Positions 36,938-47,008 of a stretch of 64,000 nt of DNA are shown here, one piece after another. The stretch spans positions 163,508 to 227,507 of the forward strand of contig JAFVPB010000002.1 in the NCBI GenBank assembly GCA_017505525.1, read 5' to 3'. The translations under genes were made by a program, and so were the position numbers. Each line of letters starts with the position of its first letter. Position 1 is the stretch's first letter. The stretch is from Clostridia bacterium (lineage in GTDB: Bacteria; Bacillota; Clostridia; UMGS1883). The notes below the pieces were generated by a model, which was not told the origin of the DNA, ran no database searches, and saw only the letters and a program-made list of their open reading frames with translations.

Positions 36938-37870
36938 TTACTCCTTTATAATATCATCAATATAAATAAACTCATATCCATGTTCTTTAAGAACTTCGCA
37001 GGCAATATATAATTTTTCCTCGTAATCAGGCTGATAAGCATAATATTCAGGGTAAAAATATTGCTCGTGTGTACACCATCCAATAAATTCATACTTCGTG
37101 TACGATTTCATTTCCTCTCGGATATCCTCAATCGCGCTAGCATTATGAAGCGGGCCTACGAGGAATGTTTTTATCCTTATCCCCGTTTCGCTATCGGTAT
37201 AATAATCAAGCGTATGTAGTGTGTGTTCGAGTTGATCATCTGTAAGATGATTGTAAGAACAAAGTGAATTCAGTATTGATAAATCCTTTGTTTTTCTGAT
37301 AAATGTGCCAGATTCAGGCTTTCTGTTTTGCAAAAGTCTGCCTGCGTGACCATAAGGAAGGCTATTTGGGTCTCCATTGTATTCGCTTTTAATTCCCGTT
37401 GTAGCGCAGGTAAATTTCACTCCGCAATCAACAAGGGCACGGCAGCCTTCCTTACTGATTGGGCGCCAGTGTGGATTAACGGTGTTTGCCCAGTTATCCT
37501 CACAGGCAAAACGGCAAACCTCGTTTTTTATATCCATAAAGTTTGTCTTCACATCCTCATATGAGGCATTTATATATGGATAGTCGGGGAATTCCTGTTT
37601 GGAATGAAACCCGAATTTTATCCAATCGGAATTTCTTTCCCACTCGCTTTTATAAGCACTTGTCATCTCTTTAAGTGAAAATTCATCGTTTCCGTAGTAA
37701 AAATCTGTTCTGAAAAAAAGGTTGAGTTGAACCTTTAATCCATATTTTTCGTGCGCATTTTTTAGCATTTTCATAAAGGAATTATCAAATAAGGATTTCG
37801 GCATTTGCCTTGTTAAATCACGCATAAGCCATATAACATCGTCAATATAGAAATATGCTTTTTTGTTCAT
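36938..37870 (-). CDS. Conserved hypothetical protein, copy 1 (paralogue of 52248..53174)
   Basis: Aligns by eye along its whole length with the 52248..53174 product (IDD.IW..RDLTR..PKS.FDN.F...L..AH.KYG.KVQLN.F.RTDF.YG..EF...). First gene of the AtuA-like operon. Confidence 0.7.
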   Translation of the reverse strand: MNKKAYFYIDDVIWLMRDLTRQMPKSLFDNSFMKMLKNAHEKYGLKVQLNLFFRTDFYYGNDEFSLKEMTSAYKSEWERNSDWIKFGFHSKQEFPDYPYINASYEDVKTNFMDIKNEVCRFACEDNWANTVNPHWRPISKEGCRALVDCGVKFTCATTGIKSEYNGDPNSLPYGHAGRLLQNRKPESGTFIRKTKDLSILNSLCSYNHLTDDQLEHTLHTLDYYTDSETGIRIKTFLVGPLHNASAIEDIREEMKSYTKYEFIGWCTHEQYFYPEYYAYQPDYEEKLYIACEVLKEHGYEFIYIDDIIKE

Positions 37871-38000
37871 CAGTTATCTCTCCTTTTGTTTTTTTTCTTT
37901 ATTTTATCATATTATCGGAAAACAATATTGCATTTTGTATATTATATATTGCATTTCGTTTCAGGAGGTGCTATGATAAAAGCACAAGGGAGGGTATATA

Positions 38001-38858
38001 TTGGATATAAAAAATTTTGTGCTCAGCTATTATAAAAACGCCGCAGAAGGCTTTCACATTCAACGTGTGGAAAAACCAAATGAAGCAAAAAAATTGCATT
38101 CCCACGAATACTTTCAGATATATTACATTGAAAAAGGAGCTCTTACTCATTACGTGGAATCCTCTGCCTCGCGCCTTGTTGCGGGAGATATGTTTATAAT
38201 TCCTCCGGGAATAAATCACCGCATAGAGGAGGAACATCAAACAATTTTTTATTCATTTTCCTTTATGCCCGATAGTTTGGGGGAATCAGCAGCATCTAAT
38301 TCATTTGCCATAGATTTTTTAAGAAGACTATCTCACGATTCTACCATAAGGCCTAAAATCACACTGCCATACGACAAAGTGCTTTGCGTTGAAAACATTA
38401 TGGAAGAGATATATAAAGAATTTACCGAGCGCAATATATCGGGGAAAGATATTATACGCTCGTACGGAATAATACTTGTAACTATGTTTGCAAGAATTTA
38501 CTACGAATCTTCAAAAGCATCTATTATTTCTCATTTTGATGATTGCAGACAATTTGTACTTCATTGTGTGAGCTACATAGAAAACAATTATTTCCAGGAT
38601 ATACGCCTTGATAGCATGGTAAAGCTTTCTGCCGTTTCAAAAAGTAGTTTCTGCAAAATTTTCTCTGAAATAACCGGCTGCTCGTTTAATAAATATCTGA
38701 ATATGTGCCGTATCAGAAAATCAACAGAGTATATAAAAAGAGGCTATAAAATTACAGCTATATATGGGTTGTGCGGTTACAATGACTTTTCAACTTTTTA
38801 CCGCAATTTTAAAAATATAATTGGTGTTTCTCCCAGAGAATATGCAAAGGGAGTGTAA
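38001..38858 (+). CDS. AraC-family transcriptional regulator (cupin plus HTH), divergent from the AtuA-like operon
   Basis: TTG start with GGGAGGG RBS. C-terminal HTH (YGLCGYNDFSTFYRNFKNIIGVSPREY). Confidence 0.85.
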   Translation: MDIKNFVLSYYKNAAEGFHIQRVEKPNEAKKLHSHEYFQIYYIEKGALTHYVESSASRLVAGDMFIIPPGINHRIEEEHQTIFYSFSFMPDSLGESAASNSFAIDFLRRLSHDSTIRPKITLPYDKVLCVENIMEEIYKEFTERNISGKDIIRSYGIILVTMFARIYYESSKASIISHFDDCRQFVLHCVSYIENNYFQDIRLDSMVKLSAVSKSSFCKIFSEITGCSFNKYLNMCRIRKSTEYIKRGYKITAIYGLCGYNDFSTFYRNFKNIIGVSPREYAKGV

Positions 38859-38879
38859 AAACTAAGTTTTTACACTCCC
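38849..38879. terminator. Bidirectional hairpin terminator overlapping the AraC stop codon
   Basis: gggagtgtaaaaac-taa-gtttttacactccc, a 14-bp perfect stem. Confidence 0.6.
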
Positions 38880-38892
38880 TTGTTGTTATATT

Positions 38893-39837
38893 TTATTTCT
38901 TCAGGTATTTTGCAACTTCCTGTGCAACAATTTTTGTTATAAGTTCAATATTATCGTTTGCAGATATAGCCGTTGGCTCGCCTGCTCTGTTTACGCTGTC
39001 GAACAACTTCATCTTTTTCATACTTTCCTGCTTAACAGCTTCAACCGCTGCGGGAATAAGATCGATAAGGCCCTTATCCATACTCGAGAATTTTTTAAAT
39101 TCTGCTTCAACGGCTGCAACGTTAATATCAGTGAAGATGTTAACCTTGCTGATACCATCTTTTATAGCCTGCTTGAAGTCGCTGTCGGTAAGGCCGGAGC
39201 CGCCGTGAAGAACAAGAGGAACATCAACAGTTCTTGCAATTGTTCTGATTCTTTCAAAGTCAAGCTTTGGCGGAAGCTTGTATGCACCGTGTGCATTACC
39301 AACTGCTATTGCCAAGGCATCTACGCCTGTTTTATCAACAAAGTCTTTAGCAAGCTTTGGATCGGTAAAATATTTTGAAGGATCAGCTAAATGAGAGCTG
39401 CCCTCTGCCGAACCCTCGTTATCGCCTACGTGGCCAAGCTCGCCCTCTATGGTTGCTCCGTAAGAATGGGCAATATCTGCCATTTCCTTTACCTTGCGAA
39501 CGTTTTCTTCATAAGAATCTGTTGAGCAATCATACATTACCGAGCTGAAACCAAGCTCAAGAGCTTTGACACATAAATCATATGAAAGACCATGGTCGAG
39601 ATGAATTACCACAGGAACAGAAGCTTTTTTAGCCATAGGTATCAAATAATATGAAACCTCTTCAAGAGGACCGTATGGAAGTAAAACCTCTGCCGTACCC
39701 ATAATAACGGGCGACCTTGTAGATTCAGCAGCAGCAATAATACCGCGTGCCAATTCAAGATTTACAGCATTAAAAAGGCCAACTGCATAATGATTTTTCT
39801 TTGCAGGTCTTAAAACATCGTTTAAATTAACTAACAT
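38893..39837 (-). CDS. Class II ketose-bisphosphate aldolase (fructose/tagatose-1,6-bisphosphate aldolase family)
   Basis: HLDHG, GELGHVG and LVLHGGSG motifs. Confidence 0.88.
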   Translation of the reverse strand: MLVNLNDVLRPAKKNHYAVGLFNAVNLELARGIIAAAESTRSPVIMGTAEVLLPYGPLEEVSYYLIPMAKKASVPVVIHLDHGLSYDLCVKALELGFSSVMYDCSTDSYEENVRKVKEMADIAHSYGATIEGELGHVGDNEGSAEGSSHLADPSKYFTDPKLAKDFVDKTGVDALAIAVGNAHGAYKLPPKLDFERIRTIARTVDVPLVLHGGSGLTDSDFKQAIKDGISKVNIFTDINVAAVEAEFKKFSSMDKGLIDLIPAAVEAVKQESMKKMKLFDSVNRAGEPTAISANDNIELITKIVAQEVAKYLKK

Positions 39838-39854
39838 TTTTACCCTCCTGACTA

Positions 39855-40790
39855 TTAGTTACATTCTGCAACTAACGGACCTGCAAGCTCCTTAAGATAG
39901 AAAAGCTTACCGGGAAGTGTGGGAATAAAGGTTGATGTGATATTCATATCGGGGCCGTAGTGAAGAGTTGTTAAGAAGCTCATTCCCTGCCAACCCATAC
40001 CTCTTGAAAGCGCACCATCGCAACCACCGATAATTGTATCAGCCTGAAGGAAAAGACCAGGTCCGATTGTGTTTGCACGGCAAGGAACTAATGTTGTGCG
40101 GCTCTTGAAGCTTGTGATTGCGTTCTGCTCAATTGTAAGAGGATGGAGCTTTGCACCAAGGCGGTAGCACTGTTTCTTCCATTCTTCAACACTTGAGAAT
40201 TCCTGTGCAAAGTGGGGTTCCCAGAATGCGATATGGCAAACTCTTCCTATACCGAATATTAATACAAGCTTAGCGCCCTCTGCCTTAAGAGCTGCAATCT
40301 TTTCAGGATATGTAGGAAGGTTTTCCTTTGTTGCAAAGTTGCGCTGTGCGGGGGGTATTGTGTTTTTAAGCTTATTGAAAAATGCTTCCTTCATGCTGTA
40401 TTCAAACGAAGCAGGATTGTCGTTAGGAAGTGTGTTACCATCTCCATCTGACCATTCGTCCATATTGAATGTGTAAACATGGTCGCAGTTAACATCCCAT
40501 GCGTTGAGGAAATAAACTGCCCACTTATACATACCCATTGGTCCAACGGGAAGAATCATAGCAAGCTTTTCGCCTCTGTCGCGTGCTTCCTTAATCTTAA
40601 GAGCGATTTCGTGGCCCATAAGTGTATCGAATTCGTAGATGTTTTCGCATTCAACAGGATTGAAATCCTTGTGCCAGAAATCCTCGCGTGCTACGCCTTT
40701 TTCACAGCACTCGTCAATTTTTTTAATATCCCATCCCTTTGGGAAAAAGTTTTCACATAAGCTGCCTTCAACTGTACTTAAAAAATCCAT
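39855..40790 (-). CDS. Glucosamine-6-phosphate isomerase/deaminase (NagB/6-phosphogluconolactonase superfamily)-like protein
   Basis: The LPVGPMGMY...FNMDEW core resembles the NagB family. At 311 aa it is longer than canonical NagB. Confidence 0.6.
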   Translation of the reverse strand: MDFLSTVEGSLCENFFPKGWDIKKIDECCEKGVAREDFWHKDFNPVECENIYEFDTLMGHEIALKIKEARDRGEKLAMILPVGPMGMYKWAVYFLNAWDVNCDHVYTFNMDEWSDGDGNTLPNDNPASFEYSMKEAFFNKLKNTIPPAQRNFATKENLPTYPEKIAALKAEGAKLVLIFGIGRVCHIAFWEPHFAQEFSSVEEWKKQCYRLGAKLHPLTIEQNAITSFKSRTTLVPCRANTIGPGLFLQADTIIGGCDGALSRGMGWQGMSFLTTLHYGPDMNITSTFIPTLPGKLFYLKELAGPLVAECN

Positions 40791-40822
40791 TTTGTTTTCC
40801 TCCTTGATTTTATATAAATATT

Positions 40823-41521
40823 TTATGGTAACAATCTCTTAGCCACAACCTTGGGCCATACAAGTTCCTGAGTAAAGCCCTCTGCATAGCCAACGCCACA
40901 CTGAATACCGCGGAATCTTGAGCAGGTGCGCACAAATTCTGCAAAATCGATATGGTCGTGGTCGCGCATCCACTTAAGCTGACTTTCGTGGCATTCAAGC
41001 ATTTCTATTTTAAGCTCGATTTCATCTGTTATGTCTACATACTCTGTGGGATTGAAATTCATTCCCGCAAGGTTATCCATATAGAAAATCGGAACTACTG
41101 CAGCCTTTCCGCCATTTCCATAGTGCGGAACGCTTGCCGCAAACGAAGCATCAAAAACAAGCTTTGATACTGCCAAATGGTCTGGCATATAGTCTGTGGG
41201 ACTGTGAGTAATTATAAAATCGGGCTGAACCTTTCTTATTAATTCAACCACCTTATCGCGCTGAGCTATATCGCATCCATTGGGAAGAAGGTCGCCGATA
41301 TCAAGCGATACAACCTCGATTCCTGCAAGAGAGCCTGCTTTTTTTGCTTCCGCCGCTCTCATAACGCGAAGCTCTTCAGGAGAAATAATTTCGTGGCCCA
41401 TATTTCCGTTTGCAACGTGGCACACTGTTACCTTATCTCCTCTTTTAACACATTTTGCAAGTGTTCCGCAACAAGAGATTTCAATGTCGTCGGGATGACA
41501 ACCTATTGCAAGTACGTTCAT
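40823..41521 (-). CDS. PIG-L/LmbE-family deacetylase
   Basis: [18 protein letters not shown] (HPDD motif) and [13 protein letters not shown] at 41521 with AGGAGG RBS. Confidence 0.85.
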   Translation of the reverse strand: MNVLAIGCHPDDIEISCCGTLAKCVKRGDKVTVCHVANGNMGHEIISPEELRVMRAAEAKKAGSLAGIEVVSLDIGDLLPNGCDIAQRDKVVELIRKVQPDFIITHSPTDYMPDHLAVSKLVFDASFAASVPHYGNGGKAAVVPIFYMDNLAGMNFNPTEYVDITDEIELKIEMLECHESQLKWMRDHDHIDFAEFVRTCSRFRGIQCGVGYAEGFTQELVWPKVVAKRLLP

Positions 41522-41651
41522 TATAATAATACCTCCTTGAAATTTCATATTTATTGACTTTATACTACTTTTATTATACAATTATCTTAGAATTATGTAT
41601 TTAACAATCCTTACGTATTTTTTATCATTTCGTCCGCAGGTGGTGTTTTTT

Positions 41652-42524
41652 ATGTTTGAAATGCAGTGTATTAAAAACGAAATAGAGATAAAAGGCTTTA
41701 ACAGTATTTACTATTTTGAATTTGGAAAAGATTTTTCCCACGCACCCGAAAAGCATAATTTCTGGGAGATGGTATATGTCGACAGTGGAAAAATCAATGC
41801 CGTTACAAATGGTATTGGCTGCACCCTTATGCAAGGACAGGTAATTTTCCACGAACCCATGGAAATACACGCCCATGTTTCAGATAACAAGGTTTCAAAC
41901 AATATGCTTGTAATTTCTTTCACAACAAACAGTCCCTCGATGCAATATTTTAAAAGCAAAACCTTTACGCTTGATAAGACGGGGAAAACCCTTCTTTCGC
42001 TTTTTCTTGAAGAGGCGAAAAATGCCCTCGGAGAAATTTCGGGCGACTATACAAATAAAAATAATCTTGATTTTTCAAATGCGCCTCTCGGCTCTACCCA
42101 ACTTCTCGGGTGCTATTTTACAGAGTTTCTGATTCAGCTTTTAAGAAGCGGGAGCACTCTCAGTAAAAACGTACTGTCTTCAAAAAAATCGCGAAGCATC
42201 GCAAACAATTCTTTAAGCGAGCTTATGTGCGAATATATGAAAGAAAATATTTATTCTTCCATCACTCTTAAAGATGTGTGTGCTTACTTTCTTCTTGGGA
42301 AAACTCAGCTTTGCAAAATTTTCAGGGAAAGCACAGGCGAAAGCCCTATGGAATACTATACAAGAGTGAAAATCAAGGAAGCAAAAAAGCTTATTCGCGA
42401 AAACAATTATTCCGTTGGGCAGATTTCCGAAATGCTTGGTTATTCTTCAATACATAATTTTTCACGTGCTTTTAAAAAGGCTGTGGGAATGTCGCCATCG
42501 GCCTATGGCAAGAGCATTATATAA
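41652..42524 (+). CDS. AraC-family transcriptional regulator
   Basis: C-terminal HTH (ISEMLGYSSIHNFSRAFKKAVGMSPSAY). ATG at 41652 with AGGTGG RBS. Confidence 0.85.
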   Translation: MFEMQCIKNEIEIKGFNSIYYFEFGKDFSHAPEKHNFWEMVYVDSGKINAVTNGIGCTLMQGQVIFHEPMEIHAHVSDNKVSNNMLVISFTTNSPSMQYFKSKTFTLDKTGKTLLSLFLEEAKNALGEISGDYTNKNNLDFSNAPLGSTQLLGCYFTEFLIQLLRSGSTLSKNVLSSKKSRSIANNSLSELMCEYMKENIYSSITLKDVCAYFLLGKTQLCKIFRESTGESPMEYYTRVKIKEAKKLIRENNYSVGQISEMLGYSSIHNFSRAFKKAVGMSPSAYGKSII

Positions 42525-42710
42525 CAACGCTAATTCTGTACAAGTGAAAGTTGATTAATTACATTCACTTTTTTTAGTTACATATATACAATGATTCAAA
42601 AGGCGCGATTTTTAATAAACCCGCTGAAAATACCCCCTTAAAGAAAGAGATTTGAACCTTGAATTCATTATATCGAGAAGATATAATATTAAATCAAAAG
42701 GAGTGATTTT

Positions 42711-44801
42711 ATGCTGAAAAAAGAAAACAGATATGACTTTAAAAAAGAGCTTTTGCAAATTCACAAGAAAAATGTGCGAGACCATTCTCTTGTACCAAAC
42801 GAAAACGAGTTTGTGATAGCTGATAATTTCTATATCACTGTTCCGCGTGATGCAGACGACGTGATTTTAACTGCGGTGCGCGATTTTAACGATTACTTAT
42901 GGACTTCGATGAATGTATCATCTTCGCCCTCGTATACTGCAAGCGAAAACTGCATCAAAATCTCGTTAAATCAGGATATTGAAGATGCAAGCGGATATAT
43001 GGGCTACAGAATCACATTTTATGATAATTACATAACTCTTGAGGGCTACGATAATGTTGGCGTAGCTCAGGGACTTTATTTCCTTGAAGACTTAATGAAT
43101 TTAAGAAAAGCTCCTTATTTAAAGAAAAAGACCATTAAATCTAAGGCTATCTATGAATATCGTGCCGCTCAATCTCCGCTTGGTATGTTTGAGTTTACCG
43201 ATGAATGCCTCGCTATGATGGCACACCGTGGCTATAATATAATAAGCTTGTGGATAAAGGATGTTAACCTTACTAACCGAGATGATTATATAGATATGCC
43301 TCTTCTTTGTGAAAGAGCAGAAAAGTATGGTATTGGCATTATGATTATGCTTTATAAAAATCACTCTGCCCATCCCGACGACGAGGGCGCCGAGGAATTT
43401 TACGATAATATGTATGGTAAAATCTTTGAGGCATGCCCCAAGATTAGAGGCGTTTCCCTCATTGGCGAAGCAAATCATTTTTCAAGCCGCGACCCGCGCG
43501 CGGGAAAAGCTCCACATAGTGCTAATGTTATCGACAATATTCCCACAGGCAAAATGTCGCCGGGCTTCTTCCCCTGCAGCGACTATCCCGAGTGGGTTCG
43601 CCTTATACAAAAATGCATCCGCAAGCACAACAAAGATGCTATAATTACCTTCTCATCCTACAACTGGGGCTTAGCGCCTAAAGAGGCACGCGTTGAGCTG
43701 ATAAAAAATCTTCCTGAAGATATTTATCTTGCACTGGGCTGGGAAATGTATGAAAAGTTTAAAGTGGGCGATGCAACAATCGGCGTTGCCGACTATACGC
43801 TTCGTATTCCGGGGCCAAGCGAATATTTTAAGAGCGAAGCAGAGATTGCTAAACAGCGCGGAATGAAAGTTCTCGCTACTGTAAACAGCGCGGGAAGAAC
43901 TTGGGACTTTGGCGTTATTCCCTACGAGCCTATGCCGCATCAGTGGATCAAACGCTTCCGCAGTATGCTTGATGCAAGAGAAAACTACAACCTTTACGGC
44001 CTTAACGAATGTATACACTATGGCTTCCACCCTTCGTTTGTAAACGACCTTGAAAAGTGGGCAACATTTACCCACGAGGAAGGTCTGGAAGAAATTCTTG
44101 AGGCACTTTTGATAAGAGATTTCGAAGAAAAGAATTACAGCGAGGTTAACCGTGCCCTTGAAATCTGGAGCGAGGCAATACAGCACATTCCTCCGGCTTA
44201 CGAGCTTCAGTATGGTGCACTGAGAGTTGGCCCTGCCTACCCATTATGGCTTCGCGCCGATGGTGGCGGAAATAAAAAGCCTGATGATGCGGGTGCGATG
44301 TTCGGGCACTCGGGCATGTATACGGGAAGCTATTCAACGGGATTCTTTGATGAATACGATTCTCCCGGAAGACGTGTTCACGTAAATCTTCAGGGCATAA
44401 AAGAAACGGGGGCACTTCTTTTAGAGGGGCTTAATGTGCTTGAAGAAATAAAGGAGCCTAACGATAATCTTCTTCGCCTTATAAACCTCGGCAAATTTAT
44501 GTATCGCACTTGCATCACTGCCGAACACGTTATAAGAATTTATCTTTTAGTGCAGAAATCACTTGTTACTTATGATAAGGAAGCACGCCTTGCCTATGCC
44601 AAAGAAATGCGCGAAATACTTCTTGCTGAAAAAGATAACGTTGAAAAAACAATTCCCATTGTGCAACTCGATTCACGCCTTGGATGGGAGCCGAGCATGG
44701 AATATCAGTGCGACGAAAAGTGCTTAAGATGGAAGCTTCGCCAGCTTGAACACGAATTAAATATTTCGCTTTGGAGAATTGACGAAACAAATAAATATTG
44801 A
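42711..44801 (+). CDS. Hypothetical 696-aa cytoplasmic protein, putative glycoside hydrolase (family not recognised)
   Basis: AAGGAG RBS and no signal peptide. The N-terminal alpha/beta domain followed by a TIM-barrel-like region (GYNIISLWIKD...) is only suggestive. Confidence 0.5.
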   Translation: MLKKENRYDFKKELLQIHKKNVRDHSLVPNENEFVIADNFYITVPRDADDVILTAVRDFNDYLWTSMNVSSSPSYTASENCIKISLNQDIEDASGYMGYRITFYDNYITLEGYDNVGVAQGLYFLEDLMNLRKAPYLKKKTIKSKAIYEYRAAQSPLGMFEFTDECLAMMAHRGYNIISLWIKDVNLTNRDDYIDMPLLCERAEKYGIGIMIMLYKNHSAHPDDEGAEEFYDNMYGKIFEACPKIRGVSLIGEANHFSSRDPRAGKAPHSANVIDNIPTGKMSPGFFPCSDYPEWVRLIQKCIRKHNKDAIITFSSYNWGLAPKEARVELIKNLPEDIYLALGWEMYEKFKVGDATIGVADYTLRIPGPSEYFKSEAEIAKQRGMKVLATVNSAGRTWDFGVIPYEPMPHQWIKRFRSMLDARENYNLYGLNECIHYGFHPSFVNDLEKWATFTHEEGLEEILEALLIRDFEEKNYSEVNRALEIWSEAIQHIPPAYELQYGALRVGPAYPLWLRADGGGNKKPDDAGAMFGHSGMYTGSYSTGFFDEYDSPGRRVHVNLQGIKETGALLLEGLNVLEEIKEPNDNLLRLINLGKFMYRTCITAEHVIRIYLLVQKSLVTYDKEARLAYAKEMREILLAEKDNVEKTIPIVQLDSRLGWEPSMEYQCDEKCLRWKLRQLEHELNISLWRIDETNKY

Positions 44802-44823
44802 TAAATACGAAATATACAACAAA

Positions 44824-45150
44824 AAGGCTGAACGAAAAACGTTCAGCCTTCAGCGTGTCGATAAACCTATCGGCACGCTGGCAGACTGGGAAAAAGGAAG
44901 GTAAATCTGTTCAATACAAACTCGTCGGCGTACGATGGTACGATAGAGATTGTATTGAACAGAAGCAAACAAAAGTCCCTGAAAACCAAGTTTTCAGGGA
45001 CTTTCTTAACTTTTACTTTTTTGATAAAAATTGTATTGTTAACGGTTCGTCGAGGACGCCGAACCCTACAAAATTATAAAATTATAATTTTGTTTGTGGT
45101 TGACCGACTTTTTCGACGGTCTGAAGGCTGAACGAAAAACGTTCAGCCTT
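44824..45150. repeat. 327-bp hairpin-rich intergenic element bounded by two identical 27-nt terminator hairpins (MITE-like)
   Basis: aaggctgaacgaaaaacgttcagcctt occurs at 44824-44850 and 45124-45150. The adjoining cagcgtgtcga / tcgacggtctg are inverted, and at least five internal perfect or near-perfect hairpins are present. Confidence 0.6.
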
Positions 45151-45161
45151 TTTATTAAATT

Positions 45162-46985
45162 CTACTCCACTGTTACTGATTTTGCAAGGTTTTTCGGCTT
45201 ATCAATATTGCATCCCTTTTCCTTTGCAATATAATAGCTGAAGAGCTGAAGCGGAATTATTTCTGCAACTGAAACAAACATCGGATGTGTTTCGGGAATA
45301 GAAATAACGTTATCTGCTTCCTCGTAAATCTTATGATTATTTTCAAGAGCTACGGCTAAAACATTCGCACCTCTTGCCTTTACCTCTTTGATGTTTGACA
45401 TCATCTTATCAAAAAGAGATTCCTGACAACACGGTGCTACAACAAGGCTGTTTTCATCAACAAGCGCTATTGTTCCGTGCTTCAGTTCACCCGCAGCATA
45501 CGCTTCTGAATGAACATAAGAAATTTCCTTAAGCTTAAGCGAGCCTTCCATACAGATTGCATAGTCAATATTTCTGCCAATATAGAATACACTGTCGTAA
45601 TGACTATAGTTTTTCACAAAGTCTGCCATTTGTGCATTAAGGTCAAGTGAGCGTTGTGCTCTTTCGGGGATTGAACGAATAGCCTCAATGAGTTCATTAT
45701 ATTCAGTTTCTTCTATTTTATTTAAATGGTCTCCAAGCCAGAGTGCAAGCATATTCATAACTGCAAGCTGTGTTGTATATCCCTTTGATGTTGCAACAGC
45801 AATTTCAGGGCCTGCCCAGGTATATATAACGTAATCTGAAAGCTTTGCAATTGTGCTTCCAACAACATTTACCACACTAAGAACCGTTGCCCCTCTTTCC
45901 TTACATTCTTTCATAGCCGCAATAGTATCTGCCGTTTCTCCCGACTGACTAATTACAACTACAAGTGTTTTTTCATCTATTATAGGATTACGGTAACGAA
46001 GCTCACTTGCTAAATCAACCTCCACACTTATGCGGCACAATTCTTCAATCACAAATTTACCCACATATCCCGCATGGTATGCCGAGCCACATGCCGTAAT
46101 GATTATCTTATTTATATCCTTTATTTTTTCGCCCAAAGGCTCGAGTCCCTCAAAATGTATTTTATTATCCTTTATATTTGGCTCGATTGTAGATTTAAGT
46201 GCCTTTGGCTGCTCCATAATTTCTTTAAGCATAAAGTGCTCGTATCCGCCTTTTTCAGCAGCTTCAATGTCCCACACAACTCTTGAAACACTTTTTTTCA
46301 CACTTTTTCCTGTGCAATCAAAAACATCTATTTCGTCTGGTGTAATCTCTGCAAACTCTCCGTCTTCAATATATATTATATTTTTGGTTTTGCTTATAAG
46401 TGCCGTAACATCGGAAGCAAAGAAGTTTTCTCCTACGCCCACACCTATAATTAATGGTGAGCCGAGCTTGGCAGCAAACACACTCTTGGGAAATTCACTG
46501 CAAACAACTCCAAGAGCGTAAGACCCCTCAAGCCTTGATACAGTTTTCATAAGCGCTTTTCTAACATCGCCCTCATAGTAGTATTCTAAAAGATGTACTA
46601 CAACCTCTGTGTCGGTTTCGCTTTCAAAATTAAAACCTTTCCCCGCAAGCTCTTCTTTAAGCTCGATATAATTTTCTATTATACCGTTGTGCACAATAGC
46701 AAAGCGTCCGCTATTTGAAAGATGCGGATGAGCATTTATATCTGTGGGTGCTCCGTGAGTTGCCCAACGTGTGTGCCCTATTCCTGCACATCCGACTATA
46801 GTTTTTTCGCCAAGCTTTTCTACGAGATTATTTATCTCTCCGCTTGCCTTTACCATTGTTATTTTATTTTCATTATTTACCGCTATTCCTGAAGAATCGT
46901 ATCCTCTGTATTCAAGCCTTTTTAGCCCGCTTGTTAAAACGCTTACCGCGTCATCTTTACCTGTATAACCAACTATTCCGCACAT
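45162..46985 (-). CDS. glmS: Glutamine--fructose-6-phosphate aminotransferase GlmS
   Basis: MCGIVGY N-terminal nucleophile, two SIS domains and a C-terminal KSVTVE. Confidence 0.97.
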   Translation of the reverse strand: MCGIVGYTGKDDAVSVLTSGLKRLEYRGYDSSGIAVNNENKITMVKASGEINNLVEKLGEKTIVGCAGIGHTRWATHGAPTDINAHPHLSNSGRFAIVHNGIIENYIELKEELAGKGFNFESETDTEVVVHLLEYYYEGDVRKALMKTVSRLEGSYALGVVCSEFPKSVFAAKLGSPLIIGVGVGENFFASDVTALISKTKNIIYIEDGEFAEITPDEIDVFDCTGKSVKKSVSRVVWDIEAAEKGGYEHFMLKEIMEQPKALKSTIEPNIKDNKIHFEGLEPLGEKIKDINKIIITACGSAYHAGYVGKFVIEELCRISVEVDLASELRYRNPIIDEKTLVVVISQSGETADTIAAMKECKERGATVLSVVNVVGSTIAKLSDYVIYTWAGPEIAVATSKGYTTQLAVMNMLALWLGDHLNKIEETEYNELIEAIRSIPERAQRSLDLNAQMADFVKNYSHYDSVFYIGRNIDYAICMEGSLKLKEISYVHSEAYAAGELKHGTIALVDENSLVVAPCCQESLFDKMMSNIKEVKARGANVLAVALENNHKIYEEADNVISIPETHPMFVSVAEIIPLQLFSYYIAKEKGCNIDKPKNLAKSVTVE

Positions 46986-47008
46986 TTTATATTCCTTTCT
47001 TCTTCAAC

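Noticed and set aside
44798-45079. 93-aa ORF inside the hairpin-rich intergenic element
   Set aside because: It starts inside the stop region of the preceding gene, has no RBS, and runs through successive perfect palindromes. A structural DNA or RNA element explains it better.
46986-47008. Expected glmS ribozyme upstream of glmS
   Set aside because: Only 23 nt are available here and there is no ribozyme core. The region upstream of glmM (49290-49500) also lacks it by eye. The absence is reported as a finding rather than a feature and needs cmsearch confirmation.
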